Below, in pieces: positions 8,958 through 15,831 of a stretch of DNA of 22,155 nucleotides. How positions within the stretch are numbered: position 1 is the stretch's first letter; every line of letters starts with the position of its first letter. This DNA is from a virus. Made by a program: the position numbers and the translations under genes. The notes under the pieces are model-generated. The model was not told where the DNA came from. It did not search any database and saw only the letters and a list, made by a program, of their open reading frames with translations. The stretch lies in the UHGV virus genome UHGV-0059692. One strand, written 5' to 3'.

Positions 8958-9662
8958 TTAACCTACCTTGCTGGAACCAGGGAAGCAGGAGATAGGCAGT
9001 GCTGCAGGACGCGGGAAACGTAAACGACAACCGCTAAGTCGGTGACTGCATTTGTCTAACGTTGGATTACTTGTCGGTACATCTTTATCCGTTGCGACCG
9101 GGCCGCCAGAATACATGCACCCGTCACCTCTGTATTGCCACTGGCAAACGTCTGCGAGGATGGTGCGCCCAGGAATGACGGCCTTGTCTGCATCAATTGG
9201 CGTTGACAGTTCATACTGAACCTGATCCGCCGTTTCTTCGCTCATGGACTCCACGACGTAAAAAGACACAGCTTCAATAGATGGATCTGCGTCGGGGTTT
9301 CCGTTAGGGAAGTTAACGGCGTCAAGATATTTCACCTCCACCTGGCGGCGCGTAACCTTCATTCCTCTAAGGTCGTTAAAATCGTTGTTCATCCCCGTAA
9401 TGAGTCCGCCGATATTGGCTACAACCATTTGAGGCCGCGAATAAACACCCTCATTTTTCATTTCGAAGCCCGTCGCCTCGATCGGGTAGCTGTTGTAAGC
9501 TACTCCCTTCCAGATAACCTGGCCGTAATAGCCGTTCGCGCCGGAATGGAAGCGGATAACCTCGCCTCCCAGGGGAGTAAGGTCCAGTTCAAATAAGTCA
9601 ATGACCGCGCCAACTCCGGCATCGACGGAATCAATAATCATCTCTCTCGGAATATTGCGCAT
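8958..9662 (-). CDS. L: Minor tail protein L (lambda gpL-like)
   Basis: 234 aa; YLDAVNFPNGNPDADP and the Cys-rich C-terminus (DKCSHRLSGCRLRF) match recalled lambda gpL (FLDAVNFVNGNSYADP, DKCSKCLSGCKFRN); AAGGTGAG upstream. Confidence 0.9.
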   Translation of the reverse strand: MRNIPREMIIDSVDAGVGAVIDLFELDLTPLGGEVIRFHSGANGYYGQVIWKGVAYNSYPIEATGFEMKNEGVYSRPQMVVANIGGLITGMNNDFNDLRGMKVTRRQVEVKYLDAVNFPNGNPDADPSIEAVSFYVVESMSEETADQVQYELSTPIDADKAVIPGRTILADVCQWQYRGDGCMYSGGPVATDKDVPTSNPTLDKCSHRLSGCRLRFPRPAALPISCFPGSSKVG

Positions 9663-9716
9663 TTTCTCACCTTGTCATTTTGTGATCTGCGTCACGCTAA
9701 ATCATACCAAAATGGA

Positions 9717-9745
9717 TTGATCGTGGTTTTTACAATATGTATATT
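9717..9745 (+). promoter_or_regulatory. Putative sigma70 promoter for the plus-strand cassette
   Basis: TTGATC (9717-9722), 17-bp spacer, TATATT (9740-9745), in the divergent intergenic region between L and the cassette. By eye only. Confidence 0.35.
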
Positions 9746-9791
9746 TTACTCAAACGAAGGGGAAGTTAACAAAATGGCGCGGAGATGCGTT

Positions 9792-9980
9792 ATGACTGAA
9801 AAGCTATGGAAGTTGACGGTATTCATGACAGACGGTAGGGAAAAGGTTATCGCCATGTATGACGACGAGGGGGAAGCATTGGTTGACGCGCTTTTACTTG
9901 CTGAGGATGACCGCCTTTTGGGATACCAGATCGAACCTGTCAAATATGAGGCTAACAAAAATGAAAAAATACAGTCTTGA
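9792..9980 (+). CDS. Small acidic protein (62 aa), cassette gene A
   Basis: ATG 9792 with GGAG 7 nt upstream (alternative ATG at 9774); Asp/Glu-rich; its N-terminal half is paralogous to the N-terminus of gene B. Confidence 0.55.
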   Translation: MTEKLWKLTVFMTDGREKVIAMYDDEGEALVDALLLAEDDRLLGYQIEPVKYEANKNEKIQS

Positions 9981-10308
9981 TGTGTGGTTAAGTGGTAGCA
10001 AGGAGTGTTTCGGATTATTTGATAGCGAAGAAGTAGCCCTGGAAGAAGGCAGGATTCTTGAATGTAGTTTAGGCCATCCAGTGAAATATGCTGCTAATCC
10101 GGTACAGATAGTTGATGAGGTGGAAGATATGAACCCGAAAGATATTAATGTTAACTTCAATGTTAATTTTGCAGACTCTATGGATCAGTCTTGCCCTGGT
10201 GAAATACACGCAAAAGGTTTCCCGGCTGATGATCCTGATGCAAAACGCGAATACGAAAAAGCGGCAAAAGATTTCTGTATCGACAACCTGGGCGCGTTCA
10301 ATAAATAA
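9961..10308 (+). CDS. Acidic protein (115 aa) with four cysteines, cassette gene B
   Basis: ATG 9961 preceded by GAGG; overlaps gene A by 20 nt in another frame; N-terminal module resembles gene A; no family recognised. Confidence 0.6.
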   Translation: MKKYSLDVWLSGSKECFGLFDSEEVALEEGRILECSLGHPVKYAANPVQIVDEVEDMNPKDINVNFNVNFADSMDQSCPGEIHAKGFPADDPDAKREYEKAAKDFCIDNLGAFNK

Positions 10309-10317
10309 GGCGGCAAT

Positions 10318-10566
10318 ATGGCGCGGCGCAATAACGGTGACTATGTGTACACGTTGAAACAGGCCGCCCGCCTTATCGGTTATCATGAGCACGAATTTAT
10401 TGATTTGCTGATTGAGCGCGGGATTTTATACCAGGTCTGCTTAACGCTGTACCCGAAAGCAAAATACCTACAGGAAAAGCTATTCATTATCATGACGGAT
10501 GAAAATCAGGTTAATCATTCATTCGTCACTGATAAGGGCGTTAATTATCTGCGTGATAACCTATAG
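10318..10566 (+). CDS. Small DNA-binding-like protein (82 aa) resembling the ANT/KilAC antirepressor C-terminal domain, cassette gene C
   Basis: YTLKQAARLIGYHEHEFIDLLIERGILYQ followed by YPKAKYLQEKLF and VTDKGVNYL, the pattern I recall for KilA-C/ANT domains; starts 10 nt after gene B. Confidence 0.55.
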   Translation: MARRNNGDYVYTLKQAARLIGYHEHEFIDLLIERGILYQVCLTLYPKAKYLQEKLFIIMTDENQVNHSFVTDKGVNYLRDNL

Positions 10567-10576
10567 GTGACAGATT

Positions 10577-10693
10577 ATGAAAATAGAAGTTTTGGCACTA
10601 ATCGTGATGGGATTTATAGTATTCGGTGTTCATGCTGTAGATCTGGACTGGAAAACGATAGCAGAAAATATAGCGTTAATGGAAATGGAATAA
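10577..10693 (+). CDS. 38-aa hydrophobic peptide, cassette gene D
   Basis: Not in the ORF track (too short). ATG 10577 with AGGTGA 6 nt upstream; MKIEVLALIVMGFIVFGVHAVDLDWKTIAENIALMEME has one hydrophobic helix then an acidic tail; terminator follows directly. Confidence 0.45.
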   Translation: MKIEVLALIVMGFIVFGVHAVDLDWKTIAENIALMEME

Positions 10694-10698
10694 TAATA

Positions 10699-10725
10699 AC
10701 CCCGCTTCGCGCGGGGTCGTTTTTA
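10699..10725. terminator. Intrinsic terminator ending the plus-strand cassette; possibly also active on the minus strand
   Basis: Stem accccgc (10699-10705) / gcggggt (10711-10717), then T-run 10720-10724; the reverse complement is followed by TTATTATTATT. Confidence 0.65.
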
Positions 10726-10908
10726 TACGCCATCAAGTAAGAATAAAACTTCCTTGCCTTCCCTTGATCTGCATCCAACATAACCGTCGCCAACATCATG
10801 AAGATACCAGGTCTCACCATTATCAGCTTTTACAGTAAGGTCGTTTATTTCGTAGTCGTCAAACAATGTAAAAGCTCCAGTGCGGTCCACTACACAAATA
10901 GCATACAT
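10723..10908 (-). CDS. Hypothetical small protein (61 aa) translationally coupled to M
   Basis: ATG 10908 preceded by GGAGGGG 5 nt upstream, directly after the M stop codon; no lambda counterpart at this position. Confidence 0.5.
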   Translation of the reverse strand: MYAICVVDRTGAFTLFDDYEINDLTVKADNGETWYLHDVGDGYVGCRSREGKEVLFLLDGV

Positions 10909-10920
10909 ATTGCCCCTCCA

Positions 10921-11274
10921 TTAATTGACAACTTGTTCAAACGTTGCATTCAGCGTGCATACCGGGCCGTCTTTCGTCATGCTCCATTTTCGGCATACAA
11001 AAAGCCTTTGCACTCCGTCCGTTGATGGCGTCCAGTAAAACGCCTCGACCGCGCAACGTGCTCTTAAAAATGCGTCAACCTGGAGAGCCACGTTTCCGGC
11101 GTCACCATATCCGGCGCTCGTACCTTTAAAGACCAGTGTGTAGCTATCGAGCAAAGGATTGATCCCTTTAACCTGCCTTTGCTCGTAGTTGTCGCCCAGC
11201 TTAATGACAGACACGTTAGGCTCGCTGTTTACGCTATAGCTTCTTTGCGGTTTCCATCGGAATACTTCCGGCAT
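10921..11274 (-). CDS. M: Minor tail protein M (lambda gpM-like)
   Basis: 117 aa; N-terminal FRWKPQ and C-terminal ATFEQVVN match recalled lambda gpM (FRWKVKP, EFEQVVN). Confidence 0.9.
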   Translation of the reverse strand: MPEVFRWKPQRSYSVNSEPNVSVIKLGDNYEQRQVKGINPLLDSYTLVFKGTSAGYGDAGNVALQVDAFLRARCAVEAFYWTPSTDGVQRLFVCRKWSMTKDGPVCTLNATFEQVVN

Positions 11275-11441
11275 AAATCCCCCTACAAGTTACATTTTGT
11301 GTGTATCTTTACGCGCTTATACGCGAAAAATGAGATGTATATCACATGAATTATACCTAGTTTTCAAAATGGCTTCACTTTATGAACTCCATATTGTATA
11401 CAGAAAACAAATGAGAAAGACGTTGCACAAAGGGGGATGTT

Positions 11442-11696
11442 ATGAAACTGGTAGCGATTGACAAAAACCTGAAAGCACAGAAAAACGCACCTGAGCATGT
11501 AATCAAAAAAGCAAAAGATCTTCTGAGCGCGTTTTTAAGAAAGGATGTAGCGCCCAAAAAATTGAAAGACGGATACGGCTACGCCTTCCGCGCCAACCTT
11601 GATTGGCGAGTATACAGCCAGGATCTGAAAGCGTGGGTAATCGTTGAACATCATAAATTTAATGAATTATCTGGCGTGCGCGGTTGCCATAAGTGA
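11442..11696 (+). CDS. Hypothetical lysine-rich protein (84 aa); speculative RelE/ParE-like toxin fold
   Basis: ATG 11442 with AAGGGGGA upstream; opposite strand to flanking H and M; C-terminal pattern YAFRANLDWRVYSQDLKAWVIVEHHK loosely recalls RelE/ParE-family beta-strand motifs. Confidence 0.5.
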   Translation: MKLVAIDKNLKAQKNAPEHVIKKAKDLLSAFLRKDVAPKKLKDGYGYAFRANLDWRVYSQDLKAWVIVEHHKFNELSGVRGCHK

Positions 11697-11704
11697 GGCG
11701 GGAT

Positions 11705-11797
11705 ATGGAGGACGATAAATTCACCTGGCGTGAGATCTGGAACATCTGGCAAGTAATGTTTGCTCGCAGCTACATAGCAAGAAACGGAAGATTGTAA
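11705..11797 (+). CDS. Possible 30-aa Trp-rich mini-ORF
   Basis: Not in the ORF track. ATG 11705 with GAGG 5 nt upstream, overlapping the stop of the 84-aa gene; MEDDKFTWREIWNIWQVMFARSYIARNGRL. May be chance. Confidence 0.2.
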   Translation: MEDDKFTWREIWNIWQVMFARSYIARNGRL

Positions 11798-11815
11798 TTT
11801 GCGGAGGAAAATAAA

Positions 11816-11992
11816 ATGAAAGTCACTGCAAATAAAAGCAACGTCAAACGCATGGCCTGGATCGTAAAATGGATGGACACGAAAGGCGATACATACACAG
11901 AACCGTTTTTTAGATATACTGACGCAGTGTTCGCTAAAAGCGTAAGAGGCTGGAAAATTGAAAGAGGATATACAAGTTTTGAGAATGAATAA
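11816..11992 (+). CDS. Hypothetical small protein (58 aa)
   Basis: Not in the ORF track. ATG 11816 with GGAGGA 8 nt upstream; followed immediately by a terminator hairpin; MKVTANKSNVKRMAWIVKWMDTKGDTYTEPFFRYTDAVFAKSVRGWKIERGYTSFENE. Confidence 0.45.
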   Translation: MKVTANKSNVKRMAWIVKWMDTKGDTYTEPFFRYTDAVFAKSVRGWKIERGYTSFENE

Positions 11993-11997
11993 AAGAT

Positions 11998-12031
11998 AAC
12001 CCCGGCATTGTTCCGGGGTTTTGTTTATTTG
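11998..12031. terminator. Intrinsic terminator for the plus-strand small ORFs, overlapping the tape-measure stop codon
   Basis: Stem aaccccgg (11998-12005) / ccggggtt (12013-12020), loop cattgtt, then ttttgtttattt on the plus strand; a weaker U-tract on the minus strand. Confidence 0.6.
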
Positions 12032-14367
12032 CGGCGCGGTTGCAACATTCCGCCAGGTCTTTGAGATTCCCTTGTTATCATTTTCATGGCTACACGTTCC
12101 ATTGTTAATTCAAGTCTGCGGCTGTCTTCGTCGCTGAATCCGTTCGTGGTCTGAATGCTGATACTGACAGGCATACTAATACCGCCACCGCCGCCAATAT
12201 CACGGCCCGGAATAACTCTGCCGTTCTCGCCAGGAATCATATATTGATTCCCGTTAGGCGTCTGGAATAGCTCCGTCCTGTTGTTTTCCCCGACACGGTA
12301 CAAGTTGCCACCAATGACGCTACCACCATTAAAGCGCCTGCCACCGAAGATGGATGTTGCCAGAGACATGATCGCAGTGAGTGCCGCAGAGCCAGCCGCC
12401 GCCCAGCTACCGCCAGTTGATGCTGCTGTTGCCGCCGCTGCCGGGGCCGCTGCCGCAGCGATGCTACCCTGAGCGGCTACCGCACCTGCCGTTGTGCTGG
12501 CCTGCGTTGCCTTGCTTTGTGTCTCCATCATGATTTGATCTGCTATCCAGTTGGCGGCTATGTCAGAAAGCCTGTTGCCGATGTTCCCTAGTATATTGCT
12601 CCCTAAGTTAGCAAAAACATCGCTCAATGATTGAGTGCCGTTAAGCAGGCCAACAAGCGCATTGCTCATGCCACCTTTAAGGCCATTAACGCAATCACCG
12701 ATAAGGCCGTTAGTGTCGCTTTGCGCCTGCCACTGCTCCCATTTCAGATCGCGGATCTGCTGCTCATAGGCTAACAATTCCTGTTTCTGTTGTGCTTCTG
12801 TAGCGCCCAGGTCGATAAGCATTTGCTTACGGACGGCCCATTCATTTTGTGCCTGCTGGATGGGGTCAACCTCGCCTTTTAGCTGGTCCATCGGGCTAAC
12901 TATTTGCGACCATTTGTCACGCAGTTCATCTACCGGGATCTGCGCTAATTCTTCTTTCAGTTCCTTGCCGATCCCTTTTTGCGCGGCGCGGTACTCAAGG
13001 AGCGTGATTTTACCCTGGGCAAATGCAGCATCAATGGCCTTGCCGTTCTCCAACGCTTTGCGCATGGCGGCGGCGTCTTTGTTGTACTGATCAGAAACGC
13101 TTATACCTTTGTCACCAAGCCGATCAGCTTCCGATTTCTTCTCTTTTTTCTGTTTTTTCGGCTTGTCTACTGGCTTGTCGAATCCGGTAATCGCTCCGTC
13201 ATTGGCAGCATTCTGTTCATTTTTCCTTGCTTCTTCTGTAGCCTGGATTGCTGCGGTCAGATCATCCTGTAGTTGCATGACCTTGCCAACGGTCTTCCCG
13301 TATTTCTTCTCGTAGTTGCTGTTATATTCGTCGGTTTGCTCTCCTACTACCTCCTTCACCCATTTATAGGCGTCCATTAGTGCCTTGATTGGCGTCACCA
13401 TTGCGATGATCTTCTCGGCTACCTCGCCAGCCTTGATTCTGACATCTTCAAACATGTCGATGAATTCGCCACCAGCCGTCTTCAGGGTGTTAAAGCAGGT
13501 TTTAGCGAAATCAGTGCCTTCACCTAAATCCTTAACAGCTTTCGTTACAAAATCGATACCAGCAACAACCGTATCGGATACACCGAAAAGATCATCCAAT
13601 TGCTCAACAAGTCCCATAACCTCGACTTTAAGCTCATTCAGGGCCATGCCGGATGTGCGCGGCAACTGCGCAAACTTCTCGTTTGTTTCCTGCGTAGCCG
13701 CCTGGATTGCGTTAACCATCCTTTCTGCCGTGATCTTACCGTCCAGCATTTCGGCGCGGAATTGGCCCATTGATAACCCCATCTGGCGTGCCATTGTCTG
13801 TACGATGGTCGGGGTGTTTTCTAACAGGCTGTTGAATTCTTCAGCGCGCAACACGCCACCGTCGATAGACTGACGGAATTGACGCATTGAGTTTGACATC
13901 TGCTCCGCTGACGCGCCGCCCAACGCCCCCATTTTCTGAATCGTACCTACCAGGTTAAGCAATTGCCCTTCCGTAGCGGAGGTGTTTTTTAGTGAGATAG
14001 CCAGGCCTTGCCATAATTCGCCAGTATCTTTCAGGCTCTGCCCCGTCTCCCTGGATATTTCTTTCAGACCATCAAAAACCCGCCCGGCAGATTCCGCGTC
14101 GCCTGTAAGCATTTTGATTTTGACGCGTAGCATTTTGGCCTGCTCTGCCATTTCCATAAACTGTCTAACGGCCTCGGCAGCAATTAGCAGATGGATAACC
14201 CTGGTCAGTGCTTTGATTGATGTTTTCAGTGTGTTTACCTGGCGATCGGCCTGTTTAGCACCGCGCTCTATACGGTCAAAGGCCTGGTCTGCCTGTCGTT
14301 GTGCTACAAGAAGTTGTCCTGTTTTTGCGTCAACTTCGTAATAAATTGTGCCTACACTGGTAGCCAT
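12025..14367 (-). CDS. H: Tail tape measure protein
   Basis: 780 aa, largely helical, with a Gly/Ala-rich hydrophobic C-terminal region; sits between the chaperone position and M; GAGGT upstream. Confidence 0.9.
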   Translation of the reverse strand: MATSVGTIYYEVDAKTGQLLVAQRQADQAFDRIERGAKQADRQVNTLKTSIKALTRVIHLLIAAEAVRQFMEMAEQAKMLRVKIKMLTGDAESAGRVFDGLKEISRETGQSLKDTGELWQGLAISLKNTSATEGQLLNLVGTIQKMGALGGASAEQMSNSMRQFRQSIDGGVLRAEEFNSLLENTPTIVQTMARQMGLSMGQFRAEMLDGKITAERMVNAIQAATQETNEKFAQLPRTSGMALNELKVEVMGLVEQLDDLFGVSDTVVAGIDFVTKAVKDLGEGTDFAKTCFNTLKTAGGEFIDMFEDVRIKAGEVAEKIIAMVTPIKALMDAYKWVKEVVGEQTDEYNSNYEKKYGKTVGKVMQLQDDLTAAIQATEEARKNEQNAANDGAITGFDKPVDKPKKQKKEKKSEADRLGDKGISVSDQYNKDAAAMRKALENGKAIDAAFAQGKITLLEYRAAQKGIGKELKEELAQIPVDELRDKWSQIVSPMDQLKGEVDPIQQAQNEWAVRKQMLIDLGATEAQQKQELLAYEQQIRDLKWEQWQAQSDTNGLIGDCVNGLKGGMSNALVGLLNGTQSLSDVFANLGSNILGNIGNRLSDIAANWIADQIMMETQSKATQASTTAGAVAAQGSIAAAAAPAAAATAASTGGSWAAAGSAALTAIMSLATSIFGGRRFNGGSVIGGNLYRVGENNRTELFQTPNGNQYMIPGENGRVIPGRDIGGGGGISMPVSISIQTTNGFSDEDSRRLELTMERVAMKMITRESQRPGGMLQPRRK

Positions 14368-14518
14368 GATTTAACCTCATGCAAAATGTGATCTATGTAT
14401 CTATTTTATACAAAATGTCTTTATTTTAACGATACCGTTTTGTATAGATGATGTAGAGAAAGATAGAAGAGATGCAGGAAGGCCGGATGTCCCGGAGGAA
14501 GTGAAAGAGGATAAGAAA

Positions 14519-14602
14519 ATGAGAAACGTAAACTACCGCCCCAACGAATATGAACGCTATGCGAACCTTATCGAAGAAATGTTAAAAACACTTAAAAAAT
14601 AA
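14519..14602 (+). CDS. Possible 27-aa mini-ORF upstream of the secreted-protein gene
   Basis: Not in the ORF track. ATG 14519 with AGAGGA 7 nt upstream; MRNVNYRPNEYERYANLIEEMLKTLKK; AT-rich leader region. Could be chance. Confidence 0.25.
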   Translation: MRNVNYRPNEYERYANLIEEMLKTLKK

Positions 14603-14669
14603 ACAATATGCGTGTATAACTAAGTTAAAGGAAGCATTTAGCAAATCAGAATAATTACAGGGGTTGATT

Positions 14670-15083
14670 ATGAAACGGTTAGCAAAAATGGTGCTTGCTG
14701 TGATTGCTGCACTAGCATTTAACGCTAACGCTAACGAGGCCATAAACATTAACTGTGAAGAAGTGGCAAACCATGTAGCCGCATATCACGACATGATCAA
14801 AAAAGAACCAGCCGCACCCACAATTCTTTTTAAGGCAATTGATAAAAATTTTGAAGGTAAACCAGTTTATGCTCGTTGGTTTAATTATGGCCTTGTAAAC
14901 GAGGCTGCTGTAGGCGTAGTCTTTGAAAACAACAGCGAAATAAAAAACAGGATAGCTAACGAGTGTAAAGCAAATAAAGTTGCTTTCGCTGAAAGAATTT
15001 TTAATGAAGGCGGCGCTGGTGCAAAAAATCACGCAATTGTCGATTTAGGTAACGGTTTTATTGATATTGTTAGAATCAAATAA
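14670..15083 (+). CDS. Secreted or periplasmic protein (137-aa precursor) with Sec-type signal peptide; moron between chaperone and tape measure
   Basis: ATG 14670 (the track starts at a TTG at 14664); MKRLAKMVLAVIAALAFNANA signal-like N-terminus; two cysteines in the mature part; opposite strand to the tail operon. Confidence 0.65.
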   Translation: MKRLAKMVLAVIAALAFNANANEAININCEEVANHVAAYHDMIKKEPAAPTILFKAIDKNFEGKPVYARWFNYGLVNEAAVGVVFENNSEIKNRIANECKANKVAFAERIFNEGGAGAKNHAIVDLGNGFIDIVRIK

Positions 15084-15098
15084 GACAAACGCCCGGAT

Positions 15099-15776
15099 CT
15101 ACCGGACTTTTTCTTGCTTGCGATTTTCCATTCTTTTTAGCGCCTTTTTAGCGGCCTCCATTTGCTCGTCATAAGCACGTTTATTTATGTGAACATTTGG
15201 TCTACTTCTTTCATTTCTTTCGTCTGGCGGCGTTTTAGCGCGCACTGCGGCCCTGTATCCGGTCATTGTCATATTCCATGCTTCTGATTCTGACAATCCC
15301 AGGTGAGCAACGGCAGAATAAACAAACTCAAGTACGTCAAATGTCGGCTTGTACTCGCCTTCCTGGATCGCGCCCGTGTCTTCTTCCGGCCCGTCACCAA
15401 TTAAACCGTGGTACATGCAATGTTGCGCCAGCGTGATAACATCACTTGTAGGCATCAGTCCGGGTTTTAGTCTCAATTTACCAGAAGGAGTAAACCTACA
15501 TTTGCCCAATAACGGGCCTGTTTCGTCGTCTGAGCAACATTTCAGGATGCGCATTGACGTTTGCACTATCTCACCATAACACCGTGCCATAATGCGATTG
15601 CGGAGGTCTGGATCTGTAGGTAATCGTGAAGGGTATTTGCTGCCGTGGATAAGTGCGAAATATTCGACAAGCTCACTATCGTTGCCGATTTTAGCCATCG
15701 CAGCAAAGCAAGGATTAAACTCATAGCGCTTACCGTTCACCACAGCCGCAAATTGCCCTGTACGAACATGGATCAT
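15099..15776 (-). CDS. Putative tail assembly chaperone, assigned by position
   Basis: 225 aa from the first ATG (15776), with AAGGTG upstream overlapping the track's GTG start; lies between major tail protein and tape measure; strongly basic C-terminal tail. Confidence 0.45.
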   Translation of the reverse strand: MIHVRTGQFAAVVNGKRYEFNPCFAAMAKIGNDSELVEYFALIHGSKYPSRLPTDPDLRNRIMARCYGEIVQTSMRILKCCSDDETGPLLGKCRFTPSGKLRLKPGLMPTSDVITLAQHCMYHGLIGDGPEEDTGAIQEGEYKPTFDVLEFVYSAVAHLGLSESEAWNMTMTGYRAAVRAKTPPDERNERSRPNVHINKRAYDEQMEAAKKALKRMENRKQEKVR

Positions 15777-15790
15777 AGTATTCACCTTAA

Positions 15791-15813
15791 AAGAAAAGGG
15801 GCCAAATGGCCCC
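15791..15813 (-). terminator. Intrinsic terminator (attenuator) directly after the major tail protein gene
   Basis: ggggcc-aaat-ggcccc hairpin (15798-15813), followed on the minus strand by TTTTCTTTT, then the RBS of the next gene. Confidence 0.6.
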
Positions 15814-15831
15814 GATTGTTAATATTGGCTG

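Noticed and set aside
8224-9030. Long form of K starting at 9030 and overlapping L by 73 nt
   Set aside because: The extension would begin inside L; an ATG at 8955 sits directly after the L stop with an AAGGTAGG RBS, which is the more economical start.
9894-10392. Minus-strand ORFs of 88 and 107 aa overlapping the plus-strand cassette
   Set aside because: The plus-strand genes there have RBSs, tight coupling and a terminator; the minus-strand frames are AT-rich shadow ORFs without translation signals.
12281-14341. Plus-strand ORFs inside the tape measure gene (for example 13385-13873, 162 aa)
   Set aside because: Antisense to the tape measure gene, Ser/Ala/Pro-rich low-complexity translations, no start-site signals.
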